Shown: one piece after another, positions 24,093-33,300 of the stretch
How positions within the stretch are numbered: position 1 is the first letter of the stretch
Layout of the letters: the number at the start of each line of letters is the position of its first letter
Source of the DNA: Acidimicrobiia bacterium
GTDB taxonomy: Bacteria; Actinomycetota; Acidimicrobiia; Acidimicrobiales; VFJN01
Length of the DNA: 43,411 bases
NCBI GenBank assembly: GCA_050247895.1
Contig: JBFWTJ010000001.1
Location: 1 to 43,411 of the forward strand
Direction of reading: 5' to 3'
Notes under the pieces: model-generated
What the model was told of the DNA's origin: nothing
The model's input: the letters and a program-made list of their open reading frames with translations, nothing else
Database searches by the model: none
Made by a program: the position numbers and the translations under genes

Positions 24093-27000
24093 GTGACGCC
24101 GCGACCAACGTCCTCAAGGCCCTGATCGGCGAGCTGGAGGCCTTCTTCGAACCGCTGACCACGGCCATGCAGAGCCGCCACGGCCGGGCCCGCATGTTCG
24201 CCACCATGGGCTGGGACGGCGGAGTGCTCGTCGACGGGGCCGTCGAGGACGCGGTCGAGGCCCTGCAGCAGATCCTCGAGACGGTCATGGACCTGGCCGA
24301 CGGCGAGCTGTCGGACCTCGGGGTCCTGCTCGACGCCATCGAGGCGATCGGCGACCTGATCACCGCCATCGACACGCTGGGCCGGGCCGCGGCGAACGGC
24401 ACGCTGGCCGCCCTGCTCGACCCGACCGTGCTGGGCGAGCTGGCCGAGGACCTGCTGGCCTACCTGGCCTGCACCTACCTGGCCCGCCGCTACCCGGTGG
24501 CCTACATCGGCGCGGTCCTGCTGACCCTGGTCGACCCGGCCGCCCCCGAGCGCAGCCGCCTGGCGCTGCCCTCGGGCCAGGTGGTCCGCCGCCCGGTCAA
24601 GCGCCAGGCCCTGCGCTTCGACCACATCCCCAAGCTCTTCGAGGACCCGGTCGGCCACCTCAAGGCGTTCCACTTCAACGGGGCGGTCGACGCCGCCGGC
24701 GTCACCTACTTCAGCGACCGGGTGCTCGACGAGATCGCCCAGGTCCTGATGGACCACGGGATCGAGGCCTCCTACGGGTTCCCGACCGAGCTGGCCACGG
24801 CCCTGGGCGTCGACCCCGGCACTCCCTTCGTGGAGCGGCTGCTGAGCCTGCTCTTCCGCTTCCCCGCCACCGACGTGGGCGCCGGGGTCGAGGTCGGCGG
24901 CGAGCTGGCCATCTCGTCGGGGCTGCTGGGCTCCGACGAGGGCGGCCCGGCGCTGGTGCTGCTGCCCTCGGGCGAGATCGAGGTGTCCCGGACCTTCGCC
25001 GACTGGGTCGTCGAGCTGGTCCTGGGCGGCACGACCGGCGGGGTGGCGTTCGGTCCCGGCGGCGTCACCTTCGGGAGCGGCTCGACCCCCTCGGGGCGCA
25101 TCGAGCTGGGCGTGTCCAAGGGCGGGGGGAGCACCGCCCCGGCCTTCGTCATCGGGCCCTCGGACGGCTCCCGGGTCGAGCTGGGCACGGTGCGGGCCCG
25201 GGCCGGGGTGGACCTGGCCGCGTCGGGTGCTGCGTTCGACCTCGAGGTCGGCGTCATGTCGGCCCAGATCGTGGTGGCCGCGGGCGACGGCGACGGCTTC
25301 CTCCAGAAGGTCCTGCCCCCCGACGGGTTCCGGGTCCCCTTCGAGCTCGGCGTCGGGTTCAAGTCGCCCGACCGCCTCTACTTCTTCGGCGGGGCCGGCC
25401 TGGAGATCGAGCTGCCGGTCGACATCGACCTGTTCGGCGTCATCAAGATCCCCGTGATCGGCCTGCGTGCGGTGGTGACCCTGCCCGCCGGCCAGCCGCC
25501 GCGGGTGGAGACCGCGGTGACCGCCGACGTCGAGGTGGCCATCGGGCCCTTCTACGCCACCGTCGAGGGCATGGGGATCTCGGCCGACCTGTCGTTCCCG
25601 CCCGGCGGGGGCAACCTGGGCCCGGTCCAGCTCGACTTCGGCTTCGAGCCGCCCCGGGGCATCGGCATGTCCATCAAGGCCGGACCGGTCGACGGCGGGG
25701 GGTACCTGTTCCTGGACTTCGACGCCGGGGAGTACGCCGGCGTCCTGCAGGTGAAGGTGGGGCCGGTCGGCGTCACCGCCATCGGGCTGCTCAACACGAA
25801 GCTGCCCGACGGCAGCGACGGCTTCTCGCTGATGCTGATCATCTGCGCCGACTTCCCGACCATCCAGCTCGGCTACGGGTTCACCCTCAACGGCGCCGGC
25901 GGGGTGCTCGGCATCAACCGGACCGTCAACGTCCCCGCCCTCCAGGACGGCGTGCGCCGGGGTGCGCTCGACTCGATCCTGTTCCCCAAGGACGCGGTCC
26001 AGAACGCCCGGCGGATCATCTCCGACGTCGGGACGATCTACCCGCCGATGGTGGGCCAGTTCGTGGTCGGCCCGATGGTCAAGATCGGCTGGGGCGTGTT
26101 CGTGACCGCCTCCATCGGCGTGATCATCGAGTTCCCCCGGTTCACGATCTCGCTGCTGGGGCTCATCCAGATCGGCCTGCCCGCGCTCGACGCCCCGGTC
26201 GTGCTGCTGCGCCTGGCCGTGGCCGGGATCGTGGACCCGGGCCGGGGCGAGCTGTCCATCGACGCCACCCTGCACGGCTCGTTCGTCACCGTGTTCACCA
26301 TCAGCGGCGACGTGGCCATGCGCCTGCGGTGGAAGGACGACCCGATGTTCGCCCTGGCCGCGGGTGGCTTCCACCCCCGGTTCGACCCGCCGGCGAGCTT
26401 CCCCCAGCTCGAGCGCCTGACGATCGCGCTGGCCGACAGCGACAACCCGCGGATCCGCCTCGAGTCGTACATGGCGGTGACGCCGGCCACCGTGCAGTTC
26501 GGGGCCCGCCTGGAGGCCTACGCCGCGCTGGACCTGGGCGTGATCGGGTTCTTCGAGGTCGAGGCGGGCATGGGCTTCGACACGCTGATCCGGTTCTCGC
26601 CGTTCTCGTTCGAGGTCGACATCTACGGCTACGCGCACCTCAAGCGCAACCGCGAGGTGCTCTTCGGCGTGGACGTGGCGCTGCGCCTGTCGGGCCCGTC
26701 GCCGTGGCGGGCCAAGGGCGTGGCGACGGTCCACTTCTTCGGCGAGCACAAGGTCGAGTTCGAGGTCACCAGCGGCCAACCGGCCCACGAGCCTCCCCCG
26801 CCGGCGATCGACGTGGCCGGGCTGGTGCGCGCCGCGCTGGGCGACCCGCAGGCCTGGGCGTCCCTGCCGCCCACCGACGCGCCGGTCCGCCTGCGCGAGG
26901 TGCCCGTCGACCCGGGCGCGCCGGCGCCGGCCCGGCTCATGGTCCACCCCGCCGCCACGCTCACCGCCCGCCAGTCGGCCGCCCCGCTCGACCGGGACCT

Positions 27001-27544
27001 CCACAAGGTCGGCGAGGCGCCCATCAGCGGGCCGAAGCGGATCACCCTCGACCACGTCCTGGTCGGCCCGGACAACGCTGCGGCGACCCTGGCCGTGGGC
27101 GACAAGGTGACCGACCACTTCGCCCCCAGCCAGTTCTTCCGCCTGTCCGACGACCAGCGCCTGACCGGCCCGTCGTTCGAGCCGTTGCCCTCGGGGGCCC
27201 AGGTCGGCGGGACGGCCGCGGCGTGGGGCCCGTCGGCGACCCTGGCCGACGAGGTCGAGGACATCGTGGTCGACGCCGACGAGCGGCGGGTCTCGGTGGT
27301 GGCCATGCTCCCGGTGTTCGCGCTGGTCGCGTCGAGCGCGCTGGACCGGCACCGCAAGCTGGCCTCCAAGGGCCGGGGCGTGCTGGGCGTGTCGCTGACC
27401 AGCGCGCAGTACGCCGTGGCCGGCGAGCAGGCCGCCGGGGGCGCGCTCGTCGCCGAGGGCCCGGTCTTCGCCACCTGGATCGACGCCACCCTGGCCGGGG
27501 GCGTGCACGCCCTGGTCGTCCCCGCCGCGGAGGCCGCACCGTGA
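24089..27544 (+). CDS. Giant-operon gene 2: large uncharacterised beta-rich protein (resembles, from memory, the DUF6603 family)
   Basis: 1151 aa. The GTG overlaps the gene 1 stop (GTGA). N-terminal acidic helical region, then long Gly/Val-rich beta-like repeats. Distinctive block GGYLFLDFDAGEYAGVLQVKVGPVGVTAIGLLNTKLPDGSDGFSLMLIICADFPTIQLGYGFTLNGAGGVLGINRT. Extreme GC3 bias in this frame. Confidence 0.85.
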   Translation: MSDAATNVLKALIGELEAFFEPLTTAMQSRHGRARMFATMGWDGGVLVDGAVEDAVEALQQILETVMDLADGELSDLGVLLDAIEAIGDLITAIDTLGRAAANGTLAALLDPTVLGELAEDLLAYLACTYLARRYPVAYIGAVLLTLVDPAAPERSRLALPSGQVVRRPVKRQALRFDHIPKLFEDPVGHLKAFHFNGAVDAAGVTYFSDRVLDEIAQVLMDHGIEASYGFPTELATALGVDPGTPFVERLLSLLFRFPATDVGAGVEVGGELAISSGLLGSDEGGPALVLLPSGEIEVSRTFADWVVELVLGGTTGGVAFGPGGVTFGSGSTPSGRIELGVSKGGGSTAPAFVIGPSDGSRVELGTVRARAGVDLAASGAAFDLEVGVMSAQIVVAAGDGDGFLQKVLPPDGFRVPFELGVGFKSPDRLYFFGGAGLEIELPVDIDLFGVIKIPVIGLRAVVTLPAGQPPRVETAVTADVEVAIGPFYATVEGMGISADLSFPPGGGNLGPVQLDFGFEPPRGIGMSIKAGPVDGGGYLFLDFDAGEYAGVLQVKVGPVGVTAIGLLNTKLPDGSDGFSLMLIICADFPTIQLGYGFTLNGAGGVLGINRTVNVPALQDGVRRGALDSILFPKDAVQNARRIISDVGTIYPPMVGQFVVGPMVKIGWGVFVTASIGVIIEFPRFTISLLGLIQIGLPALDAPVVLLRLAVAGIVDPGRGELSIDATLHGSFVTVFTISGDVAMRLRWKDDPMFALAAGGFHPRFDPPASFPQLERLTIALADSDNPRIRLESYMAVTPATVQFGARLEAYAALDLGVIGFFEVEAGMGFDTLIRFSPFSFEVDIYGYAHLKRNREVLFGVDVALRLSGPSPWRAKGVATVHFFGEHKVEFEVTSGQPAHEPPPPAIDVAGLVRAALGDPQAWASLPPTDAPVRLREVPVDPGAPAPARLMVHPAATLTARQSAAPLDRDLHKVGEAPISGPKRITLDHVLVGPDNAAATLAVGDKVTDHFAPSQFFRLSDDQRLTGPSFEPLPSGAQVGGTAAAWGPSATLADEVEDIVVDADERRVSVVAMLPVFALVASSALDRHRKLASKGRGVLGVSLTSAQYAVAGEQAAGGALVAEGPVFATWIDATLAGGVHALVVPAAEAAP

Positions 27545-30357
27545 GCACCACGTTCTCGTCCTGGGTCCGCACCGGGATCGCCGGCACCTCGGGCGGGGCC
27601 ACCCCGCTGCTAGCTCCGGCCACCGACGCGGCCCGGTTGACCACCCGCCTGCGGGCCTCGGTCAACGGCACCCCGGCCGCCGCGGTCGACGTGGCCGTGT
27701 TCGGGCCCGGGGACGTGGCCGGCATCGACCCGGGCCAGATCGTCCGCTCCGACCCCCACCCGGGTGCCGAGGGCTTCGAGACGACCCGCTTCGCCCTGGT
27801 CGAGCTGGCCCGGGCCGACCTGCCCTGGCAGTTCACCCCCCAGGTGGCCAACCCCCGGCTGCGCCCGTGGATCGCGCTGGTCGTGGTCCCCGCGGCGGAG
27901 TGCGAGCTGACCCCCCAGCGGGACCGGTTGCCGGTCCTGACCGTCGACCAGCGCCAGCTCCCGCCCCTCGCGTCGAGCTGGGCCTGGGCCCACGTGCAGG
28001 CCCCTTCGACGTCGGGCGCGCCCGGCCCCGGGGCCCGCAGCCGCCTGGTCTGCCCCCGCCAGCTCCGACCCTTCACCCGCTACCTGGCCGCGGTCGTGCC
28101 GACCTTCGAGGCCGGCCGGCGGACGGGGATGGGCCTGGATCCGGGGGCCGAGCTGGGCGACGCGTGGGGCACCGGCGCGGGCGACGTGGACCTGCCCGTG
28201 TACCACCACTGGTTCTTCGCCACCGGCGAGGCGGGCGACTTCGAGTCCCTGGCCCGGGGGCTGACCGCGCTGCCCCAGGCCCCGGCCGGCCTGGGCGCGG
28301 GGACCCTCGACGTCGGCGCGCCGGGCCCGGCCGGGCTGGCCGCGCCGGGCCGGACCACCCCGCTGCTGGGCCCGGTCGCCGCGCCCGGTGCCGGCTTGGC
28401 ACCGTGGGGGCCGGCCGACCGGACCGCGCTGGCCGCCGAGCTGGTCCCGCCGACCGCGGCCCGGGTCCTGGGCCCGCCGGTCTACGGCGCGCTGGCCTCG
28501 GCGACCGACGTGGCGGCCGCCATCCCCACCACGGGGACGCGGCGCTGGGTGGGCCAGCTCAACCTGCACCCGGCCCAGCGGGCCGCGGCGGGCCTGGGCG
28601 CCACGGTGGTCCGCCGCCGCCAGCACGACTTCGTCCAGGAGGCCTGGGAGCAGGCCGGGCAGGTCCTGGAGGCCAACCGGCTGCTCAACCAGGGCCGGCT
28701 GGGCCGCCGGGTGAGCCTGGGCCTGGAGCGCCGGCACGTGGCGCCGCGGATCCCCGTCGACCTGCTCCAGCTCGCCTCACCGCTGCTGCGCCGGGTCCCC
28801 CACCGCACCCTGCCGGTGACCCTGGCCGCCGACCTGCGCCGGACCATGCTCCCGCCCAACCTGCTCGGCCCGGCGTTCCGCCGCCTGGCCCGGCCGACCG
28901 GCCCGATCGCCCGGCGCGGGCTCGACGCGGTCCGGCGCGAGCGGCTGGTGACCGAGGTCAACGCCGGGACCCTGGTCCCCGACCGGTCCCTCGTGTCCCG
29001 GCCCGGCGGACTGCTCACCATCGGCGGGCTCGTCGACGTGCTGGAGGCGGCCCGGCAGAGCTGGCGCCTGGACCAGCCCGTCGTCTTCACGCCCCGCTCG
29101 CTGGTCGCGCCCGCCCCGGCCCCGGCGGCGCCGCTGACCCGGGGCGGCCGGGCGGTCCGGGCCACCGGCGGGGGCGACGCCGGTGGCGAGGTGAAGGTCT
29201 CGGCCTACGCGATCCGCGAGGGGACCAGCATCCGGGTGACCGACCGGAACCTGGTCGTGGCCGGCTCGCTGACCATCCACCTCGACGACACGATGCAGGT
29301 GCCGCCCAAGGCCATCCTCCAGCTGCTCGATCCCGAGAAGCTCACCGCGGCCCACCTGTCCAAGATGCAGGGGATGGTCCACCTGCCCTTCGACGGCAAG
29401 GTCCTGGAGATCACCGAGTCCGTGCGCGCCGGCCTGCTCGGGCTGATCGGCGCGGCCCCCACGGTGCCGCCCAAGCCGGCCGCCGCCCTCCAGGAGCTGG
29501 CCGACACCGTGCGGCTGGCCGTCTCCCCCGCCGTCGCGGTGCGCGACGTGGTGCTGTCCACCGTGAACCGGCCCCTCGCGGCGGTCGACCCGTTGGAGCC
29601 GGTCATGGTCGCCCCGTCGATCGACGAGGCGCTGTGGGACGACCTGGTCGAGGTGTCGGGCGACCTGTTCCTTCCCGGGGCCGACCTCCTCGAGCGCGAG
29701 CACGCCACGATCCTGGCCACCAACCCCGGCTTCGTGGCCGCCTTCATGGCCGGGGCCAACGAGGAGATGATGCGCGAGCTGCGCTGGCGGGGCTACCCGA
29801 CCGACGGGCGGGGCACGGTCTTCCGGCGGTTCTGGGACCGCTACGACGCCCAGGGCGCACCGCTGCCCGACCTGCGGGCCGACGTCCACGCCTGGCGCAA
29901 CGCCCTGGGCGACGACCTGGCCGAGCCGTCGGGCGAGCTGGTCCTGGTCGTGCGCAGCGAGCTGTTCCGCCGCTACCCGGGGACCCTGGTCACCGCGGTG
30001 CGGGCCCTGCCCGGCACGCCCCGCCGGCCCGACCACGCCAGCGCCCGACCCCCCTCGTTCCACGGCAACCTGCCCCGCGGCGCCGCCTTCTTCGGCTTCC
30101 CCATCCCCCTCGAGGAAGCGGTGGGCGAGCCCGGCAACGCGGCGAAGCCGGGATGGTTCATCGTGTTCCACCAGCCGCCGACCGACCTGGGCTTCGGCCT
30201 CGACGACCCCACGCCCGAGGCCCCGGGCGAGCCGCCGACCTGGCTCGACCCGACCGCCCTGGGGGCCGACGCCGCCGCGGTGGCCGTGGCCACGTCCCAG
30301 CTCCCGATCCGCCTGGCCGTCCACGCCAGCGACCTCGCCGGCCTGGCGGTGCCGTGA
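27541..30357 (+). CDS. Giant-operon gene 3: uncharacterised 938-aa protein
   Basis: GTGA overlap with the gene 2 stop. Protein-like, non-repetitive translation (TFSSWVRTG..., ADLPWQFTP, RPWIALVVVP, SSWAWAHVQ). No domain recognised. Confidence 0.8.
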   Translation: MSTTFSSWVRTGIAGTSGGATPLLAPATDAARLTTRLRASVNGTPAAAVDVAVFGPGDVAGIDPGQIVRSDPHPGAEGFETTRFALVELARADLPWQFTPQVANPRLRPWIALVVVPAAECELTPQRDRLPVLTVDQRQLPPLASSWAWAHVQAPSTSGAPGPGARSRLVCPRQLRPFTRYLAAVVPTFEAGRRTGMGLDPGAELGDAWGTGAGDVDLPVYHHWFFATGEAGDFESLARGLTALPQAPAGLGAGTLDVGAPGPAGLAAPGRTTPLLGPVAAPGAGLAPWGPADRTALAAELVPPTAARVLGPPVYGALASATDVAAAIPTTGTRRWVGQLNLHPAQRAAAGLGATVVRRRQHDFVQEAWEQAGQVLEANRLLNQGRLGRRVSLGLERRHVAPRIPVDLLQLASPLLRRVPHRTLPVTLAADLRRTMLPPNLLGPAFRRLARPTGPIARRGLDAVRRERLVTEVNAGTLVPDRSLVSRPGGLLTIGGLVDVLEAARQSWRLDQPVVFTPRSLVAPAPAPAAPLTRGGRAVRATGGGDAGGEVKVSAYAIREGTSIRVTDRNLVVAGSLTIHLDDTMQVPPKAILQLLDPEKLTAAHLSKMQGMVHLPFDGKVLEITESVRAGLLGLIGAAPTVPPKPAAALQELADTVRLAVSPAVAVRDVVLSTVNRPLAAVDPLEPVMVAPSIDEALWDDLVEVSGDLFLPGADLLEREHATILATNPGFVAAFMAGANEEMMRELRWRGYPTDGRGTVFRRFWDRYDAQGAPLPDLRADVHAWRNALGDDLAEPSGELVLVVRSELFRRYPGTLVTAVRALPGTPRRPDHASARPPSFHGNLPRGAAFFGFPIPLEEAVGEPGNAAKPGWFIVFHQPPTDLGFGLDDPTPEAPGEPPTWLDPTALGADAAAVAVATSQLPIRLAVHASDLAGLAVP

Positions 30358-33300
30358 TGGCCCGCGACCTCACCACCCTGCGCGTCGCCGCCGAGGCCCA
30401 CCTCCGCAAGGTCGAGGCGGCCCGGACCGTGCTGGTCGCCCGCAACGAGGAGCTCGCCGCGGCGGAGACGCCGGCCGAGGTCCGCAAGGCGGCCGCCGCG
30501 GTCTCCGGGGCGGCCAAGACGCTGGTCCAGGTGGTCGACCCGAAGGTCTGGGACGCGGTCATCGCCCTGATGAACCCGGTGGCGGCCCTGTCGGGCATCG
30601 AGGACACCGTCCCCATCGCGTTCCTGCCCGTGCGGTTGGAGACCCGGTTCCGGCGGCGGGGCACCCAGTGGGACCTGCTGGTGCGGATCTACCCGGACGC
30701 GGTCCACCAGGACCAGCACCGTCCCGAGCTCACGCCGTCCGAGCGCGAGGACGGCGAGGCCTACTGGGCCACGTCCGCGGCCGCCGCGGCGGCCCCGGAC
30801 GAGCCGGCGGCCTGGGCCACCCTGGTCCGCGGCCACGGGCCGACCCGTGCGGCCTGGATCCGCCGGGCCACCGAGCCCGGCGCGCCCGACCCGGGATCGG
30901 TGGCGGCCAACACGTTCACCCGCCCGTCCCAGACGATCCTGCTGCCCGACGTGTTCTTCGCCGTGGGCTACCGGCACGGCGTGGAGATCGCCCGGGTCCA
31001 GGGGTCGAGCGTGCGCCAGCCGTTGTTCACCGCGCCCGACCCGGCGGTCCCGGCCGACGACGACGGCCTCGACCCCTCGACCCGCTGGCTGGTCGACTTC
31101 GACGTCGCCGCGGCAGCCGGGATGGCCCTGACCATCCCCCTGGGCCCGGGCGGTGGGACGGGCCTCGACCGGCTGGTGGTCTACGGCGTGAAGGCCTCCT
31201 CGGCGCCGGCCCGGTCCGCCGTGCTCCTGGCCGCCACGCTCGACGCCCACCACTACACCGACGGCCTGGGCCTGGTGCCGGTGGGCACGCCGACCAACAA
31301 CGCCGAGGGGCGCCGGTCGGGCTACCTCGGGGGCGACGACGCCCTGGCCGAGCGCAGCCACCGGGTCGAGGTCGAGCCGAGCCCGGTGGACGGGGGGACG
31401 AGCCCGTCGGGGCTGCTGCTGTCCGACGCGGCCCGGGCCATGATGGCCGACGGCTCCCGGGTGGCCGCGGCCCTGGGGATCGCCCGCTCGCACCTGGCCC
31501 ACGTGGAGAGCACGGCGGCGACCAGCGACCGGGACGCCCAGGCGATGATCGTCGGGCTGTGGCCCTCGGTGGGCGCCTACGCCATCCGCCAGTTCCTGGC
31601 CGACTCGATCGACACCGACCTGGAGGAGGCGATCCGGACCCACGCGGTGCGCTGGGTCCGGGCCCGGGGACCGTTCCCCGCGCTGCGGGTCGGCCGCCAG
31701 CCCTACGGCCTGCTGCCGATCACCTCGTTGAGCCGCCACGTGCCCGCCTCGGGCGACCCCCACGCGGCGACGATCCTGGCCGGGCTGCGGGACCTGGCCC
31801 AGGTGTGGACCACGGCGACCGACCAGGTGCCCCGGGTCGGGGCCTCGTCGGACCCGGCCGAGGCGCTGGCCCAGATCCTGGCCCTGTCCCCGGTGTCGGT
31901 GGGCTACCGGCTCCGGCGGGAGGCCGACTCGCAGATCCTGGAGGTCCTGGGCCAGCTCGCCGACGCGACCCCCGAGGCCCGGGCGACGGTGCAGTCGGCC
32001 CACCAGCAGCTGGCGCTCAACGGCCTGGGCTGGTCGAAGGGCGCGGCGGGCAACGGCCTGCTCCGCCTGATCGGCTTCGACACGCCCGCCCCGCTGGAGC
32101 GCCCGCTGGTCCAGCACGGCGGCGTGTCCGAGACCGACCCGCTCGTCGACAACTACATCGCCTTCATCCGCACCGCGACCGGCGGCGACCTGATGAGCGC
32201 GGCGACCCGGAACCGGCCGCCGCTCCTCTACATCCTGCTGCGGGGCTCGATGCTGTCCCAGATGCTCGACGACGGGCTCAAGCTGGCCGACCTGCCGCCG
32301 CGGCCCGACCTGGCGCTGGACCGGTTCATCCACATGCAGCTGGAGGGCGTGGGGCCGATCGGGACGCTGGCCGAGCTGTTGAAGCGGCCGACGCCGGGCA
32401 CGGGCGGCTTCACCCCGCCGGTCGGCCCGGTGGGCGGGATCGGCCGGGGCGACCTGGCCGTGGGCGACCTGCTGGACCTCGTCCGGGACCGGCTCGGCCG
32501 GGACCCGCTGATCATCAAGGACGGCCCGCTGGCCGGGCCGGGCACGGTGCTGGGCGTCGGGGGGATCGTGGCCTGGCCGCCGCGGGCGGTGGACGGCGGC
32601 GGGACGCTCCCCGGCTTCGCCGACGTGACCGGGCCGGCCGGCGAGCCGGTCTTCGACCTGGACCAGACCCCGGTCGACCCGGGCACGGCCGATGGGGGGC
32701 CCTCGACCACGCCGGCCGGCGTCGTCGAGGGGGTGCCCGACCTCGACGAGCTCGCCGGCATGGGTGGGCTGGCCGGCGTGCTGGAGCTGGGCGAGCTGGC
32801 CGCGGGCGGCCCCGGCGGGCTCGGGGGCCTGGGTGGGCTCGGGGGACCTGGTGGTCCCGGTGGCCCGGGCGGACCGTTCCGGTCGCTGAGCATGCCGGCA
32901 CGCCCGCTGTCGGCGTCCACCGCGGCCCCGGCCGGCGAGGCCGTGCGCCTGGCCTCGATCAGCCTGCCCCCCGGCGCCTGGAACGAGGTCTCCGACGTCC
33001 TGGTGAACAAGCTCCTGGGCGTGATCGACATCGGCGCCGCGCTGGCCCACCTGGAGAAGCTCCCCACCGCCACGCTCGACCGGCTGCTGCGCGAGACCCT
33101 CGACCTGGCCGGCCACCGCCTGGACGCCTGGATCACCTCGCTGGCCACCGAGCGGCTGGCCGAGATGCGCGCCTCGTCGCCCGCCGGGGTCCACCTGGGC
33201 GCCTACGGGCTCGTCCACGACCTGCGCCCGGCCGGGGCCGGTTCCACCGGGGGCTACGTGCACGCGCCGTCGGTGGGCCAGGCGGCCACGGCCGCGATCC

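Noticed and set aside
32805-32876. GGN/CCN-rich DNA as a non-coding tandem repeat or CRISPR-like array.
   Set aside because: It is imperfect, in-frame, and encodes a Gly/Pro linker inside gene 4. There is no repeat-spacer architecture anywhere in the window.
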